Source: Eledone cirrhosa
Taxonomy: Eukaryota
NCBI GenBank assembly: GCA_964016885.1
Contig: OZ024743.1
Location: 238,824,001 to 238,888,000, forward strand
Length of the DNA stretch: 64,000 bases
Direction of reading: 5' to 3'
Made by a program: the position numbers and the translations under genes. The first letter of the stretch is position 1; each line of letters opens with the position of its first letter. The notes under the pieces are model-generated. The model saw only the letters and a list, made by a program, of their open reading frames with translations. It made no database searches and had not been told where the DNA came from. Positions 26,970 to 40,650 of this stretch are shown here, in pieces.

Positions 26970-29567
26970 GGTAGTGAATTTCAAGATTTTTTCAGTTGTA
27001 TTAGTTGCTATATTTTTTACAAAAGGGTCGTATGACTTCCGTCTTTGCCCTGTGAAGAGGAGACACTATAATATTTGGGCCTTTTGGCCCAAACAAAGCC
27101 ACAATTTGGTCTTTGACGGATCGAGACGGACGCGAAATGAACGATTCCTGACAGATGTGTAAGGACTTTCGCCAGCACTTTGCTCGGCTTTTCGGGGGAA
27201 GCAGGCGGTCGCAGATGGTGGCACATTTCTGTCCCAACCTTGATGGTCTGCCGCGTATTTTTATTAGCCTGCCAACATGTCCATATTAAGAGTAGGACGT
27301 TTAAATGGTCGAGGCTTGGGGTTGCGCTGGAGGCAGGGCCTCTTGCTCAACGACATCAAGTCTTTAGAAATGAATGTAATTGCCGTCAGCAAGACCAAGA
27401 TTTCTGACACGCGCGCATTAGCCCCCATATTCGACATCTATCAGATTTTCGCATCTGTTAGTCGGCCTGGATGGGAGGTGGGGTGGCAGTGCTGTTTAGG
27501 AAAGGCATGGATCTCGTGGTAAGGTCGATCGTCCTGGACCCGGATGGTAAGTTGGTGGTCCGGGACGTGGGCAATAGCGAAGGCGGGGCTGTTAGAATGG
27601 TGGTCGTCTACGCCCCTACCGGGGCCGGACGGCTGGACTTCTTTTGACGCCTGGAAGCCTTTCTGGGCACGTCTCACGCTTTACTATTAGTGAGGGACTG
27701 GAACGGCATATTAAACGCACGCTGGGACTATGTGAGAGTAGTCGATAGTAGCGGGGAGTGAAAAATCCTCAAGTATCTGATCAGCCAGTTCCAACTGTCT
27801 GACAGGTACCGACTAGATTTCCCTAATGCGCTAGTTTGGACTTGGACCAACCACATAGGGTCATCTACATCGTATATAGACAGGATTTTCGTTAGGAAAA
27901 TAGATAGAAAGAGTGTAAGCTGTCCACGCTTTAAAATGGTCGCCTATTCAAATCACAAATTTGTGATCTGTATGATCGACCTAGATAAGTTGCGAGCTTA
28001 TGACCTGGTTACTGGAAGTTGAACATGTCATTTCCGGCACGCAAGGCCTACAGGGAACGGGTCAACAATTTAGTTAAGCAAAAGTTGACAGGGTTTACCA
28101 AAGAAGTAGCGTTAGAGAAAAATAGAAACGAGAGGGAGCAGGTAGCTATGTTAGACGAGGCTATTTGTAGTGGCATTGCAACTGACGTGCTAGCGGAGAT
28201 AATGGCATTATACACGAAGGTTGCATTGTTAAAGCTAAGGTGCATGCTTTGAGAAACAAGGGAACAAAAGCTGTTCGATGGTGTTGCATGGCAGAGGCGC
28301 AGCGTTGTAATAAAACCACAATTTGACGGACAGAGATGGACACGAGCTGAGCGATTTCACGCGGATGTGTGAGGCCTTTTGCCAACATTTTGCTTGGTCG
28401 TGTGGGGAGAGGTGTCGGTCACAGACCGTAACAGACTTCAGTCCCTACCTCGATGGCTTGTCGCACCTCTCGACGGCCGACTCTGAGCGTTGCGAAAGGC
28501 CGATAACTTTAGCCGAAATTCAGAATGCCCTTGTCGGCTGCACGAGGCGCAAGTCACTCGGTTTGCATGGTCTGCCCTACGAGCTTTACTTATATATGCC
28601 AGAATTGATCTCTGTTCTCATGAAACAGCTTTACTGCAACTGGCAGCAGAACGGGAGTATTTCCAGTTCTGTGAGCTGACGAGGAATGACGCGAACATGA
28701 GGGACACATTAGATAACTCCAGCCCCATAACTCTGCTAAGACAGAGTTTAAGATTTTGGCCAAGGTGTTAGCAAAGAGGTTAGTGCTTGTCGTCGAGGAT
28801 TTGGTTGTCGTCCAGATATTCTGCCTAAACGGTGAACAGGTATGGTCGCCGTTTGTCAGACGGGCCTTTCCGCAGCTCGTCTCTTTGACTGAGCTGCAGA
28901 AGAGACCGAAACTGGGTGGCTGGAATGTTGCCAGGCACTCACTACCCTCTACCAAGCGGGTAATGCGATCAGTGGAACTTCCACTCTCGAGTTCTATGGA
29001 GGATTAGTGGTGAGCAAGTGTGACGACGTACTAGGAGAGGCTCTGGGCATCGACGAAGTGGGACTAACCAGTCTTCTCCGGAAGATTTTCAAGCCGGGGA
29101 AGATGGATAACTTCCAGAAATCCATCGCTTGGCAGTGACAGTAGCAAAAGAGGTTGTATGGTGGACCAGGTTGAAAGGACTGAAGAAAGACACTTTTCTC
29201 TTCGGCCAATCCTTCATCAACGTTTACAAATTTCATTTGGAAAGGAAGGTGAGGGTGGAGAGAAATGTGCTGCTCTCCAGTACATTTGCTGAAAGGGGGG
29301 GGGGGGGGGGTAAGTGTGGTGAGAATGGCTCGTGTGAGTGGGTCTACTCTGATCATGCGCTTGTAGGCTGGTGGTTCAGGAGTGGTGGGGTACCTGAGTC
29401 AACCATGGGTGGTTATACCCCCTATTGGTGAATTGTAATTGTTGTATTTGTCTTGTTTATTGTTATAGATTTCCTATTTTTTATTTTTGTGTAAAACCCC
29501 ACTGTCCCCGTCTAGTGTATTGTCCCCTATATGTCGGCCCATTTATTGTGAACAATAAATGAAACCA
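26970..29567 (+). mobile_element. Decayed, multiply deleted Tx1-clade LINE (5' UTR piece, ORF2 remnants, 3' UTR)
   Basis: 5' UTR similar to 60490-60575. ORF2 start MSILRVGRLNGRGLG at 27277, with APE and RT-tether remnants. 3' UTR homologous to 62880-63073. Confidence 0.85.
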
Positions 29568-29568
29568 T

Positions 29569-29775
29569 TGGATTGGTAGTATCGGTAGAGAGTCGGACGC
29601 CATGCTTTGAAGCATTGAGTTACGTCCCTTTATGATTTGAGTTCAAATCTCGCCGAAGTTAAGTTTGCCTTTCATCCTTACGGGGTCGATAAAATAAAGT
29701 ACCAGTAATGTACTGGGTAATTGCTGGTCTTGTGCCAAAAAGTAGAAACAATTATTATTATTATTATTATTGTTG
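29569..29775 (+). mobile_element. ATT-tailed tRNA-derived SINE directly after the Tx1 3' end
   Basis: A and B boxes, conserved body and GTAGAAACAATTATTATT tail. Confidence 0.88.
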
Positions 29776-29782
29776 TTGTTAT

Positions 29783-32700
29783 TCCTTGAATCTCAGTCAT
29801 TGATGTTGGTTAACTGGAAAGTCCGTTGGATTGAATATCAAGCCACTACCTGCAGCCTCAGATATTCAGGACGTATCGGAGGGTTCTTGCTGTTCCAAGC
29901 AAGCATGCCTTTTGAAGCGTTCCAAAAAGCGTGAAGGGGCCGATTTTCTTTAACCATCCCTGGAAACTTTTGGAGATAGTCCCCAGTGCGCCTATGACAA
30001 TCGGGATCACTTTGACTTCATGGCAGTTCCAAATCCTTTTCACCTCCCACTTTACGTCCTGGTATCGGTTAATTTTCTCCCTCTCCTTCTCTTGCACTCT
30101 CGTGTCGAACGGGCAGGCCACATCCACAATCAGGCACGTTCTTTTTTCTTTGTCCACAACCACCAGGTCAGGTCTATTGTGTTCCAGTTTTTTGTCCGTC
30201 TGTATCCTAAAATCCCACAGCACCTTCACCTGATTGTTCTCCATCACCGCCTCTGGCCTATGCTCATACCATTTCTCAGAATGTGGTAAATTGTTTACTT
30301 TGCACAGGTGCCAGTGGATCACCCTGCCCATCACATCGTGTCTCCAGCCCTTATAGTGGGTCTGGGCTAGGTGTTTACACTCGGACACAATGTGATCCAC
30401 AGTCTCCTCTCTCTCTCCACAGATCCTGCACAGTGGGCTAGCCTCCTCCTTGTAAATATGGTGCTTCAACCACTTCGTTTTGAGGGCCTGCTCCTGCGCA
30501 GCCATTAGCATTCCTTCTGTAGCCTTTTTGAGGTCTCCTCTTCTCAACCAGTTCCATGTCTGTGGATCTCTAAATTCAGTTTTCTCAAAGAAGGTACTAT
30601 GAAGGGATTTTCCCTTAAGGCTGCTCTTCCTCCTTGATGTTATTTCCTCCTTGGACATCCCCTGGCCTACTGTCCCCTCCTTCAGTACAGTTCTGAGCAT
30701 TGGCCCCTTACTATAGGTCACGTATTTGTATAGGTTGTTTTTCTCCATCTGAACACAGTCCTCTATGCTGATAAGACCTCTTCCACCCTCAGATCTCCTT
30801 AGGTAGAGTCTATCGACATCACTCCTCTTGTGGAACATGTTGTAGATAGTCAATAGCTTCCTAGTCTTCCTATCCATTTCTTTTTGTTCAGCAACATTCC
30901 ATCTCAGAATTCCCGCACTGTACCTAATAATAGACACAGCTCGGGAATTTACTGCGCTTATGGCATTTCTGCTGTTCAGATGTGACTTCAATACGCTCCT
31001 TACTCTCCGAATGTATTCAGTTCTTAACAATTCCTTCATTTTTTTTGTTCTTTATGCCATCAGCCTCCAGAACGCCCAAATACTTGTATCCTTCCTCAGA
31101 GTCAATTTCCTTTATCATCTCACCTGTTGGTATCTGGATCCCGTTACTTCTGCTCAACCTACCCCTCCTCATCACAATGACTCCACATTTACCAATACCA
31201 AACTGCATACATATATCACTGCTGAAAATACGGACAGTGTCAACAAGCACATCCAACTCCTTCTCACTTTTCCCGAAGAGCTTAAGATCGTCCATGAAGA
31301 GGAGGTGATTGATGGTAAGCTCTCCCTTTCCCAACTTGTATCCTGCTCTCACTTTTCGCAGCATAATGGTCAAGGGCATCAGGGCAAGGACAAACAACAG
31401 AGGGGACAGGCTATCTCCCTGGAAGATACCTCTCTTGATCTTCACGCTTCCCAAGGATACTCCAGTTGATGTCAACTCTGTCTCCCACGACCCCATACTC
31501 CTGCCCAGCAACTGTCTGATGTTATCTGCCACCCTGAAGATCTCCAAGCTTTTGGTGATCCAAGAATGAGGCACCATGTTAATGCCTTTCTGTAGTCTAT
31601 CCATCCCATGGCAAGATCAGTGTGTCTCCTCCTGCAATTCCCCATTACCATCTTATCAATAAGTAACTGGTCCTTTGTACCACGTGACTTCTTTCGGCAT
31701 CCTTTCTGTTCGTCCGGTAACAAGTTGTTTGTGTGGAGGTGATGGTAGATTTCCTCAGACACAATGCTCGTCAACAGTTTCCACATTACGGACAGACATG
31801 TGATAGGTCTATAGTTGGTAACATCGTTACCCTTGATTCGGTCTTTCATTATCAGAACTGTGGTACCTTTTGTCAACCACTCTGGCACCTCACCCGACAC
31901 CAAGCAGTCATTGAACATGGCCGTCAGCTTCGGGTGGAGGGATGTTAAATGTTTAATCCAATACCCCTGCACACCATCTGGGCCTGGTGATTTCCAGTTG
32001 GTTAGTTTTTTGGCCTGCCCCTTAAGAGTTTCAACTGTGATACTCAAATCAGTTTGTTGGTGTGCCTGCTCACCGATCTCCCTCTGTACTGTCTCAATCC
32101 ACCCTGCCTGGACATTATGTCTAACATCCTGCTCCCATATTCCTCTCCAGAATGTTTTAAGTTGCTCCGCCCCAGGGATCAAGTCGTTGCCTCTTTCTTT
32201 GCCCTCAAGCTGTCCAAACAGCATCTTCTGGTTGTTGTCGAACATGCGGTTCTGTTTATACTGACTGACTCTGTTCTCGTATCGCCTGATTTTTGCACTC
32301 TTTGCTACAATGCGTTGCTTCAGTTCCTCTATGATAATATTTAACTTTTTCCTCCTAGTTTTGTACTTTATTTCCAGTCTATTTTTAGTGCCTATGTTTT
32401 TTAGTGTCCCATTCAGTAGTGACTCAAGCTTTCCTATGTCATTTCTCATTTCCCCGATTTGACCACTCAGTCGTTTCTTCCACCACGGCTCTGCTCTTTC
32501 TTGTCTGTTGTTTCCTCTCGCTTTTATACCAAGTAGTTTCCTCACCGTATTTGCTGTTGCTTTGAGGATATTGTTGCACTGGTGAAGGCTCCTCGCCTCA
32601 AGGTATGGGATGACTTAGTTTACCTTAGCTGTTGTTTCTTTTAACTTTTTCCTGTCTACAAATCTTAGGTTCATAGGTCTCCCACTATCATTGTTCAATT

Positions 32701-34327
32701 CATCTACCACTAAATTTAGGATGTCAACCGAATCTTGTCCTAGCCCGTCAGCATTCATCTCCTCAGTGGCCGTATCTCTGTTCCAGGTATTATTTATCTC
32801 AGTATTCAGATCATTGTCTACTTCGGGTGGTTCCTCCGTTCTCAGGACCTCTTCACCTTCATTTCCCACTGGCTCGCTTGTCTGGCATACTACACCCGCC
32901 ATCTCCAAGCCATTCTCTCTGCTCAGTTCCTCCAGTTCCAGCTCGCTTATCCACCCATTAGTTCTTATTACCCGAGCCTGCCCGGCCAATTTTTGTTCAT
33001 CTAATTTAAATAGACCAATCTCGTTTCAGATGTTATGCATCCGTCTCCTGTAGCCCCTCTCCTTAGGGTTACTTTTCATGTAACATTGCATAACAGTTCT
33101 ATTCAATTCTTTCGTCCAGTTGGTTCTGGCCCCTTTCCTTCTTCTTCTTCCTCCAACATCAGCAGTATTTGGTTGACAGTCAGGTTCCTGCTGCTGAGCC
33201 AGGGGGCACCTGTTGGGTGAGAGTCTGTCACATGACGTTCTAGTCTCCATTTCACCATTATTCGAACTGTTTATGTTCGATATTTAAACACTCTTATAGA
33301 GGATTGGCGAATGTATGGTTACATAGCCATCTGTGGATTCGCCGTTCCACTTGGCCCTTGTGTGACATTATCACCACGCTGTATACGAACACACATAAAC
33401 AAACAAACACACAGGCAGAAAGGGCCCCAAAAATGAATAAGCATAAGTTTCATTGTAATGTAGTGTTCGAATGTCTGACTTAGTTTTTGTTTTTTTAGTT
33501 TTAGTTTTTCCCCCCTCTTCTCTGTCCGTCCGCCTGCTTCTCTCTTCATTCTTATTTTCTTTACGTTTTTTTTTTTTGATTGTTTTTGTTTTTCTCTGTT
33601 TGTTTTTCTCGTTTTTTGCTGTTGTTGCTGTGCTGCTTTGGTTTTGTTGTTTGTTTTTTCTTTTTTCATTTGAGTCTATCTATATATTTTGATGCCTTCC
33701 TCTTTTTTAGTAGTAGGAATTCTATAATGTGGTGGCAGCAGCCAGCTGAGAGAGGTGGGTGACTGGCGGCGGTAGCGATACGGTAGCGATACTGAGACAG
33801 TGGTGGTGGTGATGTCGATACCGAGGCAGTGGTGGTGGTGATGTGGTCGTATTACCGTAGTGATGGTGTTGTAGCGGTGGTAGCAGTGAAGGAGTGAAGG
33901 AGTGGTGGCGGCGGTGATGGGATAGTGGTGGTAATGATGGCAGTAGTGAGCGGTGGTGGTGAAATTGCCGTTGTCTGGCTGTTGTGTTTAGTGTACACAG
34001 GTGATGAGGTGGGTGGTGTATCTAGTTTCTGGTGTTGGTGAGTTTGGCTGTTCTATATAGTGTAGACAGAGGAGAGGGGGGGGGTTCTTCTGCCATTTAT
34101 AGCCATTTTCTTTTTTGGATATACAGTGTACAATACAAAGTTGAATATTTGAATATTTGAGCCTGATAACAATATATTTTGGGTCCGAATTTTTTGGGGC
34201 TCAAGCCGGGTGCTTTACGTAGCATTTGTACTAAGAGTTGTTATTTCACAAATGATTTAAATATGTTAAAAATTCAAAACTTACGGGAGCGATTTCATGA
34301 CCTCCGCCACCTCGTGCATCTTCTTCC
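29783..34327 (-). mobile_element. Near full-length R4/Dong-clade non-LTR retrotransposon (RT, CCHC, restriction-like endonuclease) in (TAA)n; the ~1-kb 5' leader is tentative
   Basis: ORF pieces from 33257 to 29858. Short 3' UTR followed by a (TAA)n tail. The next TAA tract upstream is at 34329. Confidence 0.88.
29858..33258 (-). pseudogene. R4/Dong single ORF (RT-ZnF-RLE) with a few frameshifts and stops
   Basis: NWKSPGPDGVQGYWIK, NYRPITCL, EQKGC, WIDYRKA, RGIFQGDSLSPLLF, HLLFMDDLKL, YKYLGV, CRICGEREETVDHIVSEC, RHD, RPDLVVVD...VDVACP and KINRYQD. Confidence 0.93.
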
Positions 34328-34362
34328 ATTATTATTATTATTATTATTATTGTTATTGTTAT

Positions 34363-35443
34363 TCCTTGAATCTCAGTCATTGATGTTGGTTAACTGGAAA
34401 GTCCGTTGGATTGAATATCAAGCCACTACCTGCAGCCTCAGATATTCAGGACGTATCGGAGGGTTCTTGCTGTTCCAAGCAAGCATGCCTTTTGAAGCGT
34501 TCCAAAAAGCGTGAAGGGGCCGATTTTCTTTAACCATCCCTGGAAACTTTTGGAGATAGTCCCCAGTGCGCCTATGACAATCGGGATCACTTTGACTTCA
34601 TGGCAGTTCCAAATCCTTTTCACCTCCCACTTTACGTCCTGGTATCGGTTAATTTTCTCCCTCTCCTTCTCTTGCACTCTCGTGTCGAACGGGCAGGCCA
34701 CATCCACAATTAGGCACGATCTTTTTTCTTTGTCCACAACCACCAGGTCAGGTCTATTGTGTTCCAGTTTTTTGTCCGTCTGTATCCTAAAATCCCACAG
34801 CACCTTCACCTGATTGTTCTCCATCACCGCCTCTGGCCTATGCTCATACCATTTCTCAGAATGTGGTAAATTGTTTACTTTGCACAGGTGCCAGTGGATC
34901 ACCCTGCCCATCACATCGTGTCTCCAGCCCTTATAGTGGGTCTGGGCTAGGTGTTTACACTCGGACACAATGTGATCCACAGTCTCCTCTCTCTCTCCAC
35001 AGATCCTGCACAGTGGGCTAGCCTCCTCCTTGTAAATATGGTGCTTCAACCACTTCGTTTTGAGGGCCTGCTCCTGCGCAGCCATTAGCATTCCTTCTGT
35101 AGCCTTTTTGAGGTCTCCTCTTCTCAACCAGTTCCATGTCTGTGGATCTCTAAATTCAGTTTTCTCAAAGAAGGTACTATGAAGGGATTTTCCCTTAAGG
35201 CTGCTCTTCCTCCTTGATGTTATTTCCTCCTTGGACATCCCCTGGCCTACTGTCCCCTCCTTCAGTACAGTTCTGAGCATTGGCTCCTTACTATAGGTCA
35301 CGTATTTGTATAGGTTGTTTTTCTCCATCTGAACACAGTCCTCTATGCTGATAAGACCTCTTCCACCCTCAGATCTCCTTAGGTAGAGTCTATCGACATC
35401 ACTCCTCTTGTGGAACATGTTGTAGATAGTCAATAGCTTCCTA
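34363..35443 (-). mobile_element. 5'-truncated R4/Dong copy, nearly identical to 29783-30862, flanked by (TAA)n on both sides
   Basis: The 331-aa ORF differs from copy 1 at only about 2 residues. ATT tracts at 34329-34360 and 35444-35491. Confidence 0.93.
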
Positions 35444-35491
<48 letters not shown>

Positions 35492-35699
35492 GGCGACCTA
35501 CGTAGTAAATCGTATCATCGTGAGCTCCGCAAAGGTTTGTTATTTCCGTTTGTTAAAAATTGTCATTTATGGAAAATTTTATTGTTAACTGTTTATAAGC
35601 GCACATACATTGTTTTCCGAAAAGGACACCCAAAAAGATTGGGGCCTTGTGCCCAAAATTTAAACTTTTATTATTATCAAAAAAATTTCTTTGAAAAAA

Positions 35700-37665
35700 A
35701 TGGCTAATTCACCTCTGCACGAAGCAGCTCAAAGCCTTCCTCACAAATTAACACCTCACACCGACACCACCATTGTAAATGTTACTACGTTTGCCAACAC
35801 AAAAAAAAATATAAGCAGTAGCAATATTTTAAATTTGTCTCAGGCAGACATTCATTTCCCGCCATTACCAATGACTGCAGGTGTTAAAGCCTCCACCACC
35901 ACCACCACCACCACCACCGCGACAACAGAAACAAAAGAAGAAAAAAATAAATTAACTCGTGATGTCGAAATGAAATCAAGCAAAATGGACTCTTCCCCAC
36001 CAAAGACGACTGACGTCACCACCACCACAACTGAAACTAAAATTAATATTAACGATAGCAACAACAACAACAATGACATTATAACCCCCCCCCCTTAGTT
36101 TCGCCAGAGTAGCAAAACAGTTCGAAGCATTTACGGTAACTCAGGAGGATTAAGAAAATGACAAACAAATGGTAAAGAAAGATGGGTACAGGGTCAGCCT
36201 CACCCCCACCTAATAAAATGGAGCATCGGCGCCTATGCACCGTGTCGTATAGAACAATAAATGTAAAATCGCGCCGAGTGGAACGGGCATCCGAGTCCCA
36301 AATCCAAAAAGCTTTGGGACATGTGTGGGCAAGAAAAACCCACATCAGACGTGGGCAAAAGTATGGAACCGTGGACGTGTTCTTTGAAACACCAGAGGAG
36401 GCTAGAGAACACTCCATGGCCCCATTAAGAAGTGACGACTTCACACTCGTCCCAAGCTATTGTGGCCAGAGACTCGTAAAGATCAGGGTGACCCACGTTC
36501 CACCGGCCATCGAAATTCCCTGGCTAATAGCGGCTGTCCTCGCCGGCATCGAAGCCAACACGAAAATAATAGCAATAGCAAAAGAAAAGCAGGAGAACTG
36601 GTCCGGATCTGGGATGGAGCTCCTGATCCAAGCGGACCAAAAAAGCATTGAGGAGATCCCAGAGGTAATAGACCTCACTGACGGCAGCCACCTCACGGTA
36701 ATTGTCGAGGGCAGAAGACCTAGGTGTGTCGTTTGTGGTGAAGGAACCCACCTAAGGGCTTTCTGCCCTCAGGCTAAAAGGTTGAGGCCACCTCTCCTAC
36801 CCACCCCAGTGACACAACCATCAACACCACCAGTAGCAGAGATGGCACCAACAACTGTAGCAGCAACAACAGAAGCAACTATAACAGCAACAACCCCAGC
36901 AACAGTAGCAAAACCAACACCACCACCACCACCAGCAAAACCAACACCACCACCACCCAACGCTTCAGAACTAGCACCAGCGCCTACACCATCCACCACA
37001 CCACAACCAAAACTAACGGCTGTGGAGGATTTTCCACTCCCCGGCCTATCACAACTGGAGACAGATTATGACGACGAGGAATGGGAAACGTTATCCGGAA
37101 AAAAAAAAGAAACCAAAAAAGAAAAAATTCTCTTCCTTCCCCCTCCAAAAACAAAATACAGAGGGAAACAAATAAATTAAGAAACAAAAAAGTTAGGACA
37201 GATATGCCACCATCCACACCAGCATCACCAACCCCATCAACCCAAACACCAACACCATCACCATCATTAACCCCAACACCACCATCACCTACACCACAAA
37301 AGTCACCAAAATGCGAAACAGAAACAAACCCACAACAAACGCAAACAAAACAAAACAACCAAAACGATACACACTACACAGCATTAAATTTGAACAACAA
37401 GCAATTATTACACTACATCCAACACAACACCAGCATCACAGAAAAAGACTACACAACAACTCCAAAATTCACACCACCTCCACACATACAAATCACTCGC
37501 ATCACACAGAAAACGTACATGACACTAAAACAAAAATTCCCCAAAGACATCGGAGACTTCCGACAAGCACTCTCCAGGAGGATTTATAAGGACATCCTTC
37601 CTGAGGAGGCCACAAGCAGAGAAAAGGATGGAAAAACCGTCCTTCCCCTACGAGATGTAAGGTAA
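35700..37665 (+). pseudogene. Tx1 ORF1 (nucleic-acid-binding protein with CCHC zinc knuckle), frameshifted
   Basis: ATG at 35700. EGRRPRCVVCGEGTHLRAFC (CX2CX4HX4C), T/P-rich linkers and a conserved C-terminal block (LKQKFP..GDFR) shared with copy B. Frameshifts in homopolymer runs. Confidence 0.85.
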
Positions 37666-37699
37666 GTGGTCTTTCCCATCTTTTCCACTCCTTTTCAAC

Positions 37700-40650
37700 A
37701 TGACCTCACTCAGAAAGGCATAAATGCGCGTGGCTTGGGGTCGTCATGGAAGAAGGGCCACCTGCTCAACGACCTCAGGTCACTAAACATAGATGTAGTG
37801 GCCATCAGCGAGACCAGAATCTCCGAAGCACAGGCTTTCGCACTGATCTTCGGCGGCTACGATGTGTACGCATCTCCCAGCCGTCCGGGATCGGGGGGAG
37901 GAGTTGCTGTGCTTTTTCGGAGAGGTTTGGATCTTGCCATACGGGCCATCTTCCTGGACCCAGAAGGTAAGTTGGTGGTGCTGGACGTGACCAGCGGAGA
38001 CGGCCAAGCTTTCAGGTTAGTGGCCGTCTATGCCCCGACAGGAGCAGGGCGGCCTGATTTCTTCCGGCGTCTGGAGACCTTTCTTGGAACGTCCCGCTCT
38101 TTAGTGTTAGTGCGCGACTGGAACGGGATCTTAGATGCACGCTGGGATTGTGTGGGATTAGTGGATAGGGAAGGAGGGTGCAAGAGTCTCACCAACCTGC
38201 TCAGACGTTTTGAACTGTCTGACAGGTACCGAATGGATTTCCCGAATGTACCAATGTGGACTTGGACAAATCGCATAGGGTCATCCAGATCATATCTAGA
38301 TAGAGTATTTTGTAGGGAAATAGATAGGTCTAGCATAGGCTGTCCACAATTCAAGATAGTCAGCTACACGGACCACAAATTCGTGATCTGTGTGCTTGAC
38401 TTAGATAGGCTTCATAGACGAGGACCCGGCTACTGGAAGCTAAACGCGTCCTTACCAGCGCGCAAGGCCTACAGAGACCGGATTAGCGAACTAGTTAAGC
38501 GGGCGTTGACGGGGGCCATCGTCAACAACAAGTGGTGGTTTGCTCTGAAAAGAGCAATTAGAATAGAGTCCATTAGGTTTAGTAAGACTTTAGCAATAGA
38601 GAAAAATAAAGCAGAGGGAGAATTAGTTAGAAAATTAGATGAGGCGCTTAGCAAAGGCATCGCGACCGACGTACTTGCGGCGAAATTGGCCCTTGACCAA
38701 TTCTTCAATGCAAAGCACGAAGGCTGCGTTGTCAGAGCTAGGGTACGTGCTCTCAGACACGAGGGGACGAAAGCCGTTCAATGGGCCCGAGTGGCGGAGG
38801 CGCGTCGTGGCAACAAAACCACGATCCGGTCTTTGGTGGACCACGACGGGCGCATGCTACTCGATCCCGGGCAAATGTGTGAAGCTTTTCAGCGACACTT
38901 CGCTCAACTGTTCGGGGGCAGTAGCGGGTCGGATCGAGGGATGGACTTTAGTGTCTACCTCGACGGACTGCCGCGGCATTCGGCCACTGAGGCGGAGTGT
39001 TGCGAAAAGCCGATAACAACCGCTGAAGTACGGGATGCAATGACTAGTTGCACAAGGGGTAAATCGCCTGGTTTAGATGGTCTGCCCTATGAACTTTACG
39101 TACAAATGCCAAACTTGTTCGGAGGCCTCTTGGCGGACGTCTACTGCAACTGGCAACAGAACGGGAGAATTCCCAGCTCTGTGAGCCGAGGAGTGGTGGC
39201 GCTGCTGAGAAAGGATCCGAACAAGGGGGATAACATAGATAATTTTAGGCCCATAACTCTGCTAAACACAGAGTTCAAGATTTTGGCCAAGGTGCTAGCA
39301 AAGAGGTTGGCGCTTGTCGTTGGTGGTCTGGTGGGAGAGGCACAGACATGCGCCATTCCCGACAGATCCATCCACGACAACCTCCACCTCATGCGATACA
39401 TCGTAGAGAGGGTAGCTAAGGAACCTGGCACGGGTGGGTCTTTGATCAATTTAGATCAGTCGAAAGCCTTCGATAGGGTCGACCATCGTTACCTAGCGGC
39501 AGTCCTGAGGGCGGCTGGCTTTGGGCTCGTCTTCAGAGGCTGGATCGCTGCCATGCACAGCGACATCTGCTCTGTAGTGAGAGTGAACGGTCACCTTTCG
39601 GAACCGTTCAACATCATGCGCTCGGTCCGCCAAGGATGTCCCCTCTCGTCCCTATTGTACGTATTGACTCTCGAGCCATTACTGCACAAACTGGAGACGT
39701 TGAGGAGGGTCCTGCGCGAACTAGGATGCGGAAGATCCGTGTCAGCATATGCCGACGATGTCACCGTAGTGGTGTCGAACTCCAAACACATCGAGGCGAT
39801 CGGCACTACACTAAGAGAATACGAAGCGGTGACAGGAGCAATGATCAACCAGGAAAAGTCAGTGGGCCTGCAGCTCGGCACCTGGAGAGGCAGGTCCATG
39901 CCGTCCAACAGCGTCGTCGGGCGCTGGACGGACGGACCGGTTAAATTGCTAGGGGTCTGGTTCGGTCCAGACCTCCAGACGGACAAAAACTGGGACGAGG
40001 TGACGAGCAGGGTGGCTTCTCTCACCCAGAAATGGGCCGAGAGGAAGCTATCCCTGAAAGGTCGAGCGGAGGTGGCGAATGCGTACATCGCATCCGTCAT
40101 CTACTACCGCCTGACCGTCGTACCTTGTCCTAAGCCCCGTCTGACTGCGCTGGAGCGTTTGCTCTTTCGCTTCTTGTGGAAGTGACGCGCTCCGATGCTC
40201 AGGCGGTCCATCTGCTGTCAACACCCGCTACGTGGAGGGCTGGGCATGCCATGGCTGATGATGCGCAGACACGCACTCAGGCTACGACATCTCCACCTCT
40301 TCCTCGACGGTGATCAGGTGTGGTCGCCGTTTGCGAGACACGTTTTTCCCCAGCTCGTCTCCTTGACGGAGCTGTATCCTGGGTCAAGCGAAGACCGAGA
40401 GGGAGCGCTTGGAGACTGGAATGTCTTCAGGCGCTCACAGCCCTCGACCAATCGGGCAATGTGATCGGTGGAAACTCCACCTTGGCGTTCTATAGGGGAT
40501 TAGTGGAGGGGAAGAGCGACGACGTACTTGGAGAAATTCTAGGCGTCGACGAAAATCAACTAGCCAATCTCTTCGGAAGGACTTTCGGGCCGGGGCCTAT
40601 GGACAACTTCCAGAAATCTCTGGCCTGGCAGTGCTACCGAGGAGCTTTGC
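37700..40650 (+). pseudogene. Tx1 ORF2: apurinic endonuclease + reverse transcriptase
   Basis: INARGL, AISET, VYAP, RDWN (GDWN in copy B), YLDR, TDH, YWKLN, KSPGLDGLP, FRPITLLN, LDQSKAFDRVDH, RQGCPLS, AYADD and GGLGMP. Premature TGA at 40183. Confidence 0.93.

Larger units (their letters stand above)
35492..40650 (+). mobile_element. Tx1-clade LINE copy A (5' UTR, ORF1, ORF2; 3' end deleted)
   Basis: Starts right after (ATT)n. Gag-like ORF1 followed by an APE-RT ORF2 of the L1/Tx1 type. Confidence 0.9.

Noticed and set aside
37666-40185. 839-aa ORF as an intact active RT
   Set aside because: The true ATG (37700) is out of frame, the APE GDWN motif reads RDWN, there is a premature stop, and the 3' end is missing.
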